DNA of 64,000 nt from Octopus sinensis. Taxonomy: Eukaryota. A program made the translations under genes and the position numbers. Of the stretch, positions 34,216 through 46,190 are shown in pieces. The notes under the pieces are model-generated. The model did no database searches. It worked only from the letters and a program-made list of their open reading frames with translations, and was not told where the DNA came from. How positions within the stretch are numbered: position 1 is the first letter of the stretch; the number at the start of each line of letters is the position of its first letter. Location: assembly GCF_006345805.1 (NCBI RefSeq), contig NC_043021.1:7316001-7380000 (forward strand). The letters are read 5' to 3'.

Positions 34216-34497
34216 AACGCAATAATAATCCGTAACCCTGGATAGGGGCCCATATCGCGTACTGTCAGCCGGAGCCAGCTGAGCCCGGAACTCGTGTCAG
34301 GCAGGGTCGTCACTCCGCGAAGTAGTGAAGAAAATCGCTACCCACTACCTACTTTCGAGATATAAGCAAATAAGAACTAACACTTACTAACCAAAGACAA
34401 AGAAGAAATAAAAAAAGTGCTACATAGTGTAATCAAAGAAAAAAAAGTTAGATTTATTCAGTAATAAATATTCTTACAGCTGTTTCAGTAATAAATA

Positions 34498-34538
34498 TTC
34501 TTACAGTTGTTTCTGTAGCAAACTACTTCGTCAGAAAA
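34498..34538 (-). ncRNA. Minimal type I hammerhead-like motif
   Basis: UUUU CUGACGA A GUAG-UUUG-CUAC A GAAAC AACU GUA AGAA: intact CUGANGA and GAAA core, 4 bp stem II, 4 bp stem I; adjacent tandem duplicate has palindromic GAAAC AGCU GUA. Confidence 0.5.
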
Positions 34539-34568
34539 GATAACACCAAGGAAAAGTTTTCTGATTTA

Positions 34569-34613
34569 TCTTCTCTGACAATGTGATTCGTTGCAGAAAC
34601 AGTTGTCTGATGA
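34569..34613 (+). ncRNA. Degenerate hammerhead-like motif, divergent from the previous one
   Basis: CUGACAA UGUGA-UUCG-UUGCA GAAAC AGUU GUC; G8A change, imperfect stem I. Confidence 0.35.
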
Positions 34614-34856
34614 ATCAATGACTAAACTTTTGTAAGTAAAACTCTACCGTGTCTCTTTAATTTCTTTTCAGTCAACTCCTCCCTGCAGCCTTTGTTACTC
34701 TTGGAAAACACTTCAAGTGAATTCCGTGTCTCAGGGAACCGCTACTTAAAAATTATAATAATTCTTTATTAATTCTTTTCTGTTTTTCTTTCAAAAAGTT
34801 TAAGCTTCACAATAGATTAAACAAATCATAAAAGTGTCTTTGAAAAGTTTAAGTTT

Positions 34857-35425
34857 GCTGGCGAGCTGCCAGAAGCGTTAGCACGCCGGGCGAAATGCGT
34901 AGCCGTATTTCGTCTGCCGCTACTTTCTGAGTTCAAATTCCGCCGAGGTCGGCTTTGCCTTTCATCCTTTCGGGGTCGATAAATTAAGTACCAGTTATGC
35001 ACTAGGGTCGATGTAATCGACTTAATCCGTCTGTCTGTCCTTGTTTGTCTCATCTGTGCTTAGCCCCTTGTGGGTAGTGAAGAAATAGGTATTTCGTCTG
35101 TCTTTACGTTCTGAGTTTAAATTCCACCGAGGTCGACTTTGCCTTTCATCCTTTTGGGATCGATTAAATCAGTACCAGTTACGCACTGGTGTCGATGTAA
35201 TCGACTTAATCCGTTTGTCTGTCCTTGTTCGTCCTCTCTGTGTTTAGCTCCTTGTGGGTAGTAAAGAAATAGGTATTTCGTCGGCCGCTAGGTTCTGAGC
35301 TCAAATTCCACCGAGGTCGTCTTTGCCATCCATCCTTTCGGAATTTATAAAATAAGTACCAGTTGAGAACTGGGGTCAATGTAATTGACTTATCCTTTCC
35401 CTTGTGCCAAAGTTTGAAACCAATA
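34857..35425 (+). mobile_element. SINE family B trimer (tail 1, tail 1, tail 2)
   Basis: One head, junctions AAGAAATAGG/TATTTCG at ~35080 and ~35264, last unit ends CTTGTGCCAAAGTTTGAAACC. Confidence 0.9.
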
Positions 35426-35699
35426 TTAAGTTAAGAAGTCCTTTTCCCATAAGGTCTCCTTACTACCCGCAGATAACTAAATTACCCTTTCTTAGGGATT
35501 ATGCTCTGCGTGTCTAATAAAATTACGAATATAGAATTCAGCGGAAGAAATTACTCGAAAGTGTATTTGCTTATAATTGAGCTTATCATCATTTCTCGCG
35601 GAGCCCCTGGTGACCTCTAGGGTCTAGGGAATCTCGGTTGAGAAAACTTCGCTGTGTTCCACGATTGGTTTGTCGTCGTAGTCGTTGCAATCATTGTGG

Positions 35700-36400
35700 T
35701 CGTAGAAGTAGTAGTAGTAGTAGTAGTTGTTGTTGTAGTTGTTGTTGTAGTAAGTAGTAGTAGTAGTGGTGGTGGTGGTGGTGGTAGTAGCAGCAGCAGC
35801 AGTAGTAGTAGTAGTAGTTGTTGTTGGTGGTGGTGGTATTGGTGGTGGTGGTGGTGGTGCTCCTCCGTAAATCGTTGCTGATCCACAGGTACCACCGCTA
35901 TCGAAACTATGACCCGTACTCAAGACTCCTGCTTTCAATACCACCAACAAAAACCACAATCACCAACAACACACACACACATCACCACCACAACCACCAA
36001 CGCCGACACCACCTCCACACCCACTTCCACAAACCCAGACACCACCATTCCGCTACACACTTACACCCACCCCTATTAACACCTACACACCCACAGCCAA
36101 ACCGCCAGCACCACCACCAACACATCCACCATCTCAGCACTTCACGCACTCGCACAATACAAACCACCACCACCACCACACAACAACAACAACAAGAACA
36201 ACAATCATCACCACCACCACACCGCCGCCTCCCCCCATTACCGCCACCACCATTACCGCCACCGCCGTCACCACCACCACCACCACCACCATTAACAACA
36301 GCAACAACAACGCAGACAGCACTTTCACTACCACACTTACAAAACCCACCGCCACCCAAACACCAGCGCCACCACTACCACAACCACAACCACCGCCGCG
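35700..36400. repeat. Cryptically simple GTA/GGT then ACC/AAC low-complexity tract
   Basis: Direct reading; strand bias flips near 35870. Confidence 0.8.
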
Positions 36401-36569
36401 ACCGCCACACAGTGTAAAACGTGCAGTACAGCCTCCGTACATTCTCCGCTATTAGATCGTCACTTATAACAGACAATACGAGAAGTCGATGGCATCGTGC
36501 CAGACACTTTGACTCTTGGGTTAAATACATCTGTAGGCTAGATGGAATATTTCCTGGCTGCATGGTTTA

Positions 36570-36625
36570 GGTGCAAACATCTATCTATCTATATATATAT
36601 ATATATATATATATAATGTGTGTGT

Positions 36626-36660
<35 letters not shown>

Positions 36661-37800
36661 ATATTTATATATGTATGTAGGTATGTATGTATATTTATAT
36701 ATGTATGTATCTATGTATGTATGTATACACGTACACATATACAGAGTTGAAATGAAATGTGAGAGTGAACTATGATGATAAGGAAAGATTTATTTATATA
36801 TAGAACTATGGATATATATATATATATATAGTTTTTTAAACATTCATCACACATATTCGCGCGTGTGTTCTTGACTATGTATTTGTTTATATATATATAT
36901 ACAAACACATATACGCATACATATATACGTACACACACACAGAAACACACACACACATATATATTTATGTATATTATATAGAAAGATGAATATACATACA
37001 TGCATATATATTCACTAACATATAAACGCAACACAAACATTTTATACACAGACGCATATGCATACACTTGCAAACATTTAACGTGTCCGTGTGTCTTTAT
37101 ACCTGTGTGTATATGTGTGTGCGGGTGGCTATATATGTATGTATATGTGTATGTATGTACGTATGTATGTGTGTGTATGTATGCATGTATGAATGTATGT
37201 ACGTACATACGTATATGTGTATGTATGTATGTATATACGTATGTATATATATATATGTGGTGAATGCATGTATGTATGTATGTGTGTATGTATGTATATA
37301 TGTGTGTTTTTATTACGTATGCATGTATATATGTATGCACGTACGTATGTATGTATGCATGTGTGTCTGTGTATGTATGAATGTGTGTATGTAGGTGTGT
37401 GTGTATGTATGTATGAATGTAGGTATGTACGTACGCATGTATATATGTGTGTATTTATGTGTATATGTAGATATGTGTCTATGTACGTATGTGTGTAATG
37501 TATGTATGTATGTATGTATGTATGTATGTATGAATATGTGTATGTAGGTGTGTATGTATGAATGTATGTGCGTACGTATGTATATATGTACGTATGTATG
37601 TGTGTATGTATGTGTATATGTAGGTATGTGTATGTATGTATATGTGTATGTATGTATGTGTGTATGTAGGTGTGTGTATATGTATGTATGTATGAATATA
37701 TGTACGTAAGTATGTATATATATGTACGTATGTTTGTATGTATGTATGTATGTATGTATGTATGTATGTATGCATGTATGAATGTATGTATGAATGTATG
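36570..37800. repeat. Long degenerate (ATGT)/(AT)/(GT) microsatellite field
   Basis: Direct reading. Confidence 0.9.
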
Positions 37801-37808
37801 TATACACG

Positions 37809-38330
37809 CGAGGGTTCTATCAAAAGTAAAGTTTTATTTACTGATACAGGTTGTTAAAATTCGCCATGTTGGTACCGGAACTCGTTTCTATAGAAAATCT
37901 TGTTCTTGTTCTTTATTGCTGAAAAACAATGGGTTCCAATCAGGAACAACATGTCGTCATTGAGTTCTCGATGAAGAAGTGGGGACAAGCTCTCCGAACG
38001 GACGGTTCCAGGTTGTTCCCGGAAATGTCACCAACGACAAAAATAACGACCACAGAGAAGTTTACCGATAGGGAAACAAAGCTTTGAAGACAACCCCTGC
38101 GATACGAGTCAGTCAACCGTGACCACCGACTGGAACGAATCGCCTGAACCGAACGAATTGATTTACTGGGACAGACGAGTCACATTCCGTGATTTTGCTG
38201 CACAACCAAACTGTGGCCATAATGAATTATGGAAGAAGGTAGAAACGGTACACAATTTGGTAGCTGGCGCTTGATTTGAGGAAGAAAAGGATGTACGTCT
38301 GCTCTGATGAGGTGTAAACGTTTGAAGTCA
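37809..38330 (+). mobile_element. Decayed mariner transposon, 5' TIR and N-terminal HTH region
   Basis: CGAGGGTTCTATCAAAAGTAA TIR-like start; MGSNQEQHVVIEF..; GNKSFEDNP...STVTTD...ELIYWDRRVTFRDFA (cf. EQRAVIKF, S.ED.PR.GRP, LI..DRR.T.R). Confidence 0.7.
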
Positions 38331-38559
38331 ATGAATGCACGTTTTCCTTCCAATGTTATGTCTACTTTAGCATTTACTTTAGGTACAATTCTCTCTCTCT
38401 CTATCTGTCTCTGTCTCTCCTTCCCTCTATGTCTTTCTCTCCCTCTCTCGTATGCGTGTGTATGTACGCACACACACACACACACACCACACACACACAC
38501 GCACGCAAGTATTGTGTACAATGTATAGTATTTCATCGCGTTAAACTTTTAATTCCGAC

Positions 38560-38760
38560 ATAGATTTTTCTCTGTTCGTTTTTTCTCTCTCTTCCGATTT
38601 TCCCCCCTCTCATCCCTTTCTTTCGAAAAGCTTGGATTCCAAGCGTCAAAGACTTTTCTGTTCTTCCCGAGCTTCAAATCAATACACCTGCTTGTTGTTC
38701 CCTCACCTGTCTTCGTCTTTCGTTTTCGGTACAGTTCAACCATATATATAGCCATCCCAA
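38560..38760 (+). mobile_element. Degenerate pLTR-like module (family of 28800-29010)
   Basis: ..AAGCGTCAAAGACTTTT..CCCGAGC..AATACA..CCTCACCTGTCTTCGTCTTT aligns with 28905-28990. Confidence 0.45.
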
Positions 38761-38963
38761 GGAAACAGAAAACTCTAGATACGTTAAGTAACAATTTTAT
38801 TCAAAGTTCAACGCTTCACAGCTTAATTACAAGCGGGCATCAGTGTCTAACTTTGTAATAAATGTTTTAGAATATTTTTATCAAATGTGTGTATAAGCAA
38901 GAAAAGTGTGCATTTGGGGTTAGTCCCACGTATGCCATTTTTTAAAATCCATAGCTGCAAGCG

Positions 38964-39360
38964 TGGCTGTGTGGTTAGCTTGCTTCGCAACCATATGGTT
39001 CCGGGTTCAATCCCACTGTGTGATTTCTTGGGCAAGTGTCTTCTACTATAGCCTCGGTCCAACCAAAGACTTGTGAGTGGGTTTGGTAGACGGAAACTGA
39101 AAGAAGCCTGTCGTGAATATTTGTGTATGGGGGTGTATCTATGTGTGTGGGGGGAGTATCTATGTGTGTGTCTTTGTTTCTATGTTTGTCCCCCACCACC
39201 GCTTGACAACCGGTGCTGGTGTGTTTACGTCCCCGAAACAGCGGTTCGGCAAAAAAAGAAAAAAAACTGTATTTGATTCATTCGACTAAAAAAATTATTA
39301 TCCAAGGCGGTGCCCCAGCATGGCCACAATCTAATGAGTGAAACAAGTAAAAGATAAAAG
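38964..39360 (+). mobile_element. SINE family A copy
   Basis: GTGGCTGTGTGGTTAGCTTGC..GAGTGAAACAAGTAAAAGATAAAAG. Confidence 0.85.
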
Positions 39361-39656
39361 ATACAACGAGGGATATACATACAGATAACACTCACCCCAC
39401 CCTCACTGCATATGGGTCTCACGTCGCTTTCGACGAGTGTTTTCTAGTTGTTTGATCAGTGAAATAATCAATTCACAATAATATATTATATTACTGTGTA
39501 ACTGGCTGAGTACTCCACAGACACTTGAGCTCTTTGTAGCATCGTGTGTCATTGTGCTGTGTGATGCATACCAATGTAGGACTTCTACATCACAGACAAA
39601 AATCCAGCTTGCATTATAGTGCTATTTTGTTAATGTTGGCGTTGGTATTAATTTTT

Positions 39657-39995
39657 AAGGCAGCGAGCTGGCAGAATTGTTATCACGCCGGACAAAATGC
39701 ATAACGGCATTTCGTCCGTCTTTACGTTCTGATTTGAAATACCGCCGTGGCCGACTTTGCCTTTCATCCTTTCGGGATAGAAAAATTAAGTATCAGTGAA
39801 ACACTAGAGTAGATGTAATCGACTCGTACCTTCTCCCAAAATGGCTGCCTTTGTGACAAAATTTGAAACCATTATCATTATTATCAAGGCGGCGAGTGGC
39901 AGGATCGTTAAGCACGCTGGGTAAAATGCTGAACGGCATTTCGTTCGTCTTAACGTTCTGAGTTCAAATTCCGCTGCAGCAGACTTCGCCTTTAA
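39657..39995 (+). mobile_element. Two adjacent SINE-B copies (tail-2 monomer, then truncated copy)
   Basis: AAGGCAGCGAGCTGGCAG..AAAATTTGAAACC(ATT)n followed by AAGGCGGCGAGTGGCAGG. Confidence 0.8.
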
Positions 39996-40019
39996 TCCAT
40001 TATTTTTTTTATTTATGCG

Positions 40020-40315
40020 CCCTTTTCAAGCCTAGCCAGGCTCATGGGCCCGGTTTTCCGGTTTCTGTGACGTATGTGTTCCCCCTAGCTGGACGGGACG
40101 TAAGTCCATCGCAGCGTTACCCAAGAAACAGGAAGAAAGAGTGAGAGAAAGATGGGGCGAAAAAGTACAGCAGGGTTCACCACAACCCCTTGCCGGAGCC
40201 TCGTGGAGCTTTAGGTGTTTTCGCTCAATAAACACACACAATGCCCGGTCTGGGAATCGAAACCGCGATCCTCCGACCGCGAGTCTGCTGCCCTAACCCC
40301 TGGGCCATTGCACCT
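40020..40315 (-). mobile_element. SINE family C2 copy
   Basis: Homologous to 9505-9800. Confidence 0.75.
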
Positions 40316-40689
40316 CTACCTTTCATCCTTTCAGTGTCGATAGAATAATTGCCAGTTGATCACTGGGGTCGATGTAATCGACTTATGACCTCCTCTAAAA
40401 TTGCTGGCCTTGTGCCATAATTTGAAACCAATACTAATGTTGTTTTTGGTGTTAGTGATAAAATCAAAGTTGGTGTTTGATTGAAAGACAATACGTCGAG
40501 GTTTGGATTATAATTTACGGCTATGGCGATAGTGCAGTTCCGGTAAGTGACGGGATACGAAACACGATCCTTGCACACAGAGGTTTCTTGCCGACAATCT
40601 AACCCACTGAGCCAGCCACGAATGTCTGTCAGTATAAACTTTGGTCAAATTCTTGCCATCTTGATTCAGTGCATGGTTAAATTAATCAT

Positions 40690-40721
<32 letters not shown>

Positions 40722-40759
40722 CACACACACACACAACACGCACACACACACACACACAC

Positions 40760-40797
<38 letters not shown>

Positions 40798-40917
40798 AGC
40801 ATATTCACAGATAAATGTAGAAATGTACCTAAGCAATCATTTACACATATATTCACATACGCATTTAATACACTCACGTATGTTTGTAAGTACATACATA
40901 CTTGCATACATACACAG

Positions 40918-40951
<34 letters not shown>

Positions 40952-40960
40952 ACACATATA

Positions 40961-40999
<39 letters not shown>

Positions 41000-41361
41000 A
41001 TGCATACACTTACATACATTATTACATACATACTTGCATACTTGCATACATACATACATACATATTCATTCATACAGACACAGATATACAGCGGCATACA
41101 TAGACGCATACATACACACTTGCACACACACACATGTAAACGCCCACACATACACAGACGTACTTATATGTACTCATATGCACTCACATACAATACTGTC
41201 ATACACACACACGTACACACGCACATCCATAGTTAAATGCACAGACGTAAACTCACACGTTTATAAGCACGCTGAAAGTCACACACATATGCACATATGT
41301 ATTTATAGACATACACACACACACACACACAGGCACATACATACATACATACATACATACA

Positions 41362-41392
<31 letters not shown>

Positions 41393-41420
41393 GCGCACTC
41401 ACACACGGACATACGCTGAA
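40690..41420. repeat. (AC)/(AT)/(ACAT) microsatellite field
   Basis: Direct reading. Confidence 0.9.
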
Positions 41421-41499
41421 TTCCTGAACTATACTGACGTCATAACAACAAACTAAGTGCCAGATTAAAAGTTCAAATGTTTTTGGCGATGCTGGCAGA

Positions 41500-42160
41500 G
41501 GAATGATGATGATGGCGACGGCGGCGGCAGCAGTGGTAGTGGTGGTGGTGGTGGTGGTGGTGGTGGTGGGGGTGGTGGTGGTGGTGGTGGTGGTGTTGGT
41601 GGTGTTGGTGGTGGTGGTGGTGTTGGTGGTTTTGGTGGTGGTGGTGGTGGCAGTGGTGGTGGCGGTGGTGGTGGTGGCGGTGGTGGTGGTTTTGGTGGTG
41701 GTTTTGGTGGTGGTTGTGGTGGTGGTGGTGGTGGTAGTTGTGGTGGTGGTTTTGGTGGTGGTTGTGGTGGTGGTGGTGGTGGTGGTGGTGGTGGAGATGG
41801 TGGTGACGACGACTGCCGCGGAGATGGTGGTGGTGCTGGTGGTGGCGGCAGCGGCGTTTTTGTTGGGGGGTGGAGGTGGAAGTGTCGGATGAGGAGGTGG
41901 CGATGGTTGTTGTTGGTGGTAGCGGTGGTAGTGGTGGTGCTGCTGCTGTTGCTGGTGCTGGTGATGAAGTAAAAGGAGCGGTGGTGTGTGGGATGAATGG
42001 TGGTTGTGTTTGTGGTTGCGACGGATGTGGTTGTGGTAGTGGTGTTTGTGGTGGTTGTGGTGATGCTGGTGGCTGGTGATAATGGTTACTGTTGTGGTGG
42101 TGGTGGTGGTGGCGGTAATGGGAATTGTGCTGGTAGTTGTGGTTATAGTGGTTGTCAAGG
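41500..42160. repeat. (GGT)n-rich low-complexity tract
   Basis: Direct reading. Confidence 0.85.
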
Positions 42161-42379
42161 GTGAGGGGCAGTGGTCACCAAATCCTTTACGGAGCCTCAG
42201 AGACTCATGTCAGGGAGGAAGAGAGAGAGGGAGAGAGAGAGAGAGACTGTGTGTGTGTGTGAGAGAGAGAGAGTGAGTGAGTGAGAGAGAGAGAGAGTGA
42301 GTGAGTGAGAGAGAGAGAGAAAGAGAAAGACAGAGACATCCTAGACCTGGGACCCTTGGTCTGACTGCTTAGCTTTTAT

Positions 42380-42592
42380 CTTTAACTTGTTTCAGTCATT
42401 AGACTGCGGCCATGCTGGGGCACCGCCTTGAAGAGGTTTTAGACGAATTAATCAACCCTAGTACTTTTTAAAATTATTATTTAAGGCTTATCTTATGCCG
42501 AACCGCTAAGTTACGTGGACGTAGGCACACCAACACCGGTTGTCAGGCGTTGGTGGGAGACAAACGCAGACGCAAAGACACACACACAAATG

Positions 42593-42628
<36 letters not shown>

Positions 42629-42810
42629 GAGAGAGACAGAGACAGAGACAGAGATGTGACGGGCTTCTTTCAGTTTTCGTCTACCAAATCCATTCACAAG
42701 GCTTTGGTTGGCCCGAGGTTATAGTAGAAGACTCTTGCCCAAGGTGCCACACAGTGGGACTGAATCGGGAACCATGTGGTTGGGAAGCAAGATTCTTACC
42801 ACACGGCAAC
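42380..42810 (-). mobile_element. SINE family A copy
   Basis: TTGTTTCAGTCATTAGACTGCGG..CTTACCACACGGC. Confidence 0.85.
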
Positions 42811-43194
42811 GCTTTGTAAGAGTGAACTTCACTGATGTGACCCAAGGACCAAGTGCTGGTGATAAACCGGGCGACGGATGAAATCTACCACTCATGTAAG
42901 CCGTAACTGGATTTGAGCTCAGAACACAGACAGCCGAAGCAAGTACTACGAGGAATCGCTCAGGATTCGATTAGTCAACTGCCTTAGAATGCGACTTTAT
43001 TTATCGACCACTGAAAGGTGATGGGCAAAGCTGGCTTCGACAGGCCTCGAACTACAAGCGCAAGAAGCCGAAATAAACACCACAAGGCCTTCCGTTTAAC
43101 AACCTTTGTAATGATTTGCTCCAGACTCTAGAATCTAGAAAATATTAGTTTTAGTTTTTACTTGATCTGAGGGAGAGGAAAGCATTTACACACA

Positions 43195-43225
<31 letters not shown>

Positions 43226-43559
43226 TACACATACACACACACACACGCATACACACACCACACACACTAACACACACATACACACACCACACACACACAC
43301 ACATACACACACGCCACACACACAACACACACCTACACACACACACTACACACACACACATACCACACCACACACACCACAACCACCACACACACACACA
43401 CACAACTTTTTCGAAAATATATGAAGAAAGATTTTCTTTACTTAAAAGTTACTACTTATATATATATATAAAAAAAAAAACTAAAAAGACAGTATGACAC
43501 AAATCTCATGGAAGAAAGTTTTCACGTCGCGTTAAGCGCTTTCTCACTTATAACGCGTG

Positions 43560-43900
43560 TTATAAGGCCGCTTTTAGCATCGCTACAGACTATTTCTGGT
43601 TCAGTTTTAGATTTAGAATTCTTGTAAATTATTCTTATTTTGTCTTTTGAAGCTGAACACTTTCTTAATGTATTTTGAAAAGAGAAATGTTTTGAATTTT
43701 CCATTTGCACTAATGTCTAGATACAATATTTCCAAGAGATAAATCTTTGATTTGTTGCTTGTGTATCCTAACCCGATGTATTTATCTTGGTCCTGTTTGA
43801 CTGATTAAATATTCATTTCCTTGTGGGCATGTCATACCATAAATGAGATTTTTGCATTGCAATTCATATTTTAATTCCTTCCCATTCTGGAATGTTTTAT
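43560..43900 (-). mobile_element. Penelope-like GIY-YIG endonuclease remnant
   Basis: KNLIYGMTCPQGNEYLISQTGPR*IHRVRIHKQQIKD..VSRH matches NLIY..TC..C...YIGQT...L..R.R.HKQQI. Confidence 0.75.
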
Positions 43901-43987
43901 TTGTTTGTCTTATACCGTTCAATTAATTAATTAACACAACCCACAACGAAGGTCCACATTTTGTTACTTGCATTATTATTATTATTA

Positions 43988-44033
<46 letters not shown>

Positions 44034-44039
44034 TTGAAT

Positions 44040-44345
44040 ATAAACTCCGCCTTTGCTAAGAGTCTTAAGATTTGGTGGTTATTTTCGGCTGTTTGTAATT
44101 AGGGTTGCAAATGTGGGTGCGACTTCGGTGCCCATTCTTGTCCCTATTGTTTAAAGCTGATTTCTAGTACCAATCGTAATCCTTCTAGAATTAATTATTT
44201 CGGGAATTCCTCCCGAATTCTGTGAGCGTATTCGTCTATCCAGAATTCTACTACTCCCAATCTTGATCTATGGATGATATTTCTTTAGAGACTGGTCACA
44301 TCGAAACAAACCAGGATCGTCTCCATATTTACTCATTTTTGAAAG
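44040..44345 (-). mobile_element. Penelope-like RT remnant
   Basis: LVCFDVTSL*RNI..FWIDEY..LILEGLRLVLE..GTRMGTEVAPTFATL (cf. FDV.SLYTNIP, GTAMGT..AP.YA.L). Confidence 0.75.
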
Positions 44346-44354
44346 TAATTTAGG

Positions 44355-44620
44355 ATGTCCATGCTGTAACTGTGTGGTAAGAGGCATACTTCCCAACCAC
44401 ATGGTTCCGTGTTCACTCTCACTGTGTGTTACCTCGACCAAGAGTCCTTTACTATAGCGTTGGACCGACCAAAGCCTTGTGAGTGGAACTGAAAGACGGA
44501 AACTGAAAGCCCGTCGTACATGTGTGTGTGTGTGTGTGTGCGTGGGGGTGTTTGTGTTTCACATTGCTTGACAACCGGTCTTGATGTGCTTAGGTTCCCG
44601 TAGCTTAGCGGTTCGGCAAT
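44355..44620 (+). mobile_element. SINE family A, 3'-truncated
   Basis: GCTGTAACTGTGTGGTAAGAGG..TAGCTTAGCGGTTCGGC. Confidence 0.75.
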
Positions 44621-44652
44621 AGAGAAGGAAAAGCACAACAGAAAAAAAAATA

Positions 44653-44885
44653 TCTCTTTACTACCCACAAGGGGCTAAACACAGAGTGGACAAACAAGGA
44701 CAGACAAACCGGATTAAGTCAACTACATCGATCCCAGTGCGTAACTGGTACTTAATTTATCGACCCCGAAAGGATGAAAAGCAAAGTCGACCTCGGCGGA
44801 ATTTGAACCCAGAACGTAACGGCAGACGAAAATACGGCTACGCATTTCGCCCGGCGTGCTAACGTTTCTGCCAGTTCGCCGCCTT
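44653..44885 (-). mobile_element. SINE family B monomer
   Basis: Reverse complement of the family B head to tail 1. Confidence 0.9.
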
Positions 44886-45041
44886 TGCCAAAGTCCTGGA
44901 GTCAACTCATTCGACTAAAAATTCTCAAAGGCAGCGCCCCAGTTACAGCTGCAATCCAATGAATGAAACAAGTAAAAGAAGTTCGTGTATGGAGGTCCTT
45001 TAAACTGTCATGTATATCTTTATAGCTCTGAATTATGGGTA

Positions 45042-45426
45042 TGGAAGCACTCCGTCGGTTACGACGACGAGGGTTCCGGTTGATCCGAATCAACGGAACA
45101 GCCTGCTCGTGAAATTAACGTGTAAGTGGCTGAGCACTCCACAGACACGTGTACCCTTAACGTAGTTCTCGGGGATATTCAGCGTGACACAGAGAGTGAC
45201 AAGGCCGGCCCTTTGAAATACAGGTACAACAGAAACAGGAAGTAAGAGTGAGAGTAAGTTGTGGTGAAAGAGTACAGCAGGGATCACCACCATCACTGCC
45301 GGAGCCTCGTGGAGCTTTTAGGTGTTTTCGCTCAATAAACACTCACAACGCCCGGTCTGGGAATCGAAACCGCGATCCTATGACCGCGAGTCCGCTGCCC
45401 TAACCACTGGGCCATTGCGCCTCCAC
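45042..45426 (-). mobile_element. SINE family C, full length with 12 bp TSD
   Basis: TSD GAATTATGGGTA at 45030-45041 and 45427-45438. Confidence 0.92.
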
Positions 45427-45632
45427 GAATTATGGGTAACCCACAAAAATTACTTGTTTTTAACTCAGTGTTTGGTAATCCAGCTCTTTTCCTGTTAATT
45501 GATTTTCTAATTTGATCGATCATTTACCAATTTCATTCCATTGGCTCATTTATTTATTTATTTATTTATTTATTTATGAATTTTTTTGTTTGATTTTTGT
45601 AAAAATATTGGTCATTTACTTGTTCAGTGTCA

Positions 45633-45732
45633 NNNNNNNNNNNNNNNNNNNNNNNNNNNNNNNNNNNNNNNNNNNNNNNNNNNNNNNNNNNNNNNNNNNN
45701 NNNNNNNNNNNNNNNNNNNNNNNNNNNNNNNN
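45633..45732. other. Assembly gap (100 N)
   Basis: Run of exactly 100 N. Confidence 0.99.
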
Positions 45733-45974
45733 CATATGGTTGTGATGCATGTTCCTGATGACCCTTATCAGACGGGTAGTCATGATGGGGTATACTGGGC
45801 TTCGTATATTTTATCCAGTGTCACTTTGGTAGCCTGCACTACTCTATCACTCAATAATAATAATAAGGGCAACTCATCTGTTTGCGTTGTTAAATGCAAA
45901 AAAGCCTGCTGTCCCTTGACCTCTCTGGTTGGGATTTGGGGACATCTACAAAGTAGAAACCAAGGCAAATCAAT

Positions 45975-46190
45975 AATAATGGTTTCAATTTTTGGCACGA
46001 GGCCAGCAATTTCGGTGGAGGGGGTAAGTCAATTACATCGACCCCAGTGTTCAACTGGTACTTATTTTATCGACTCCGAAAGGATGAAAACCAAAGCGTA
46101 TTTGGTCGAATTTGAACTCAGAACGTAAAGACGTACGAAACGCCGCTAAGTATTTTGCCTGGCGTGTTAACGATATGCCAGCTCGCCGAA
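45975..46190 (-). mobile_element. SINE family B (tail 2)
   Basis: GGTTTCAATTTTTGGCACGAGGCCAGC..GCCAGCTCGCCG. Confidence 0.8.

Noticed and set aside
34231-34345. GC-rich patch beside the RTE remnant, considered as an HDV-like or twister ribozyme
   Set aside because: Could not fit P1/P1.1/P3/P2 or twister consensus by eye; an Infernal/RNArobo search would be needed
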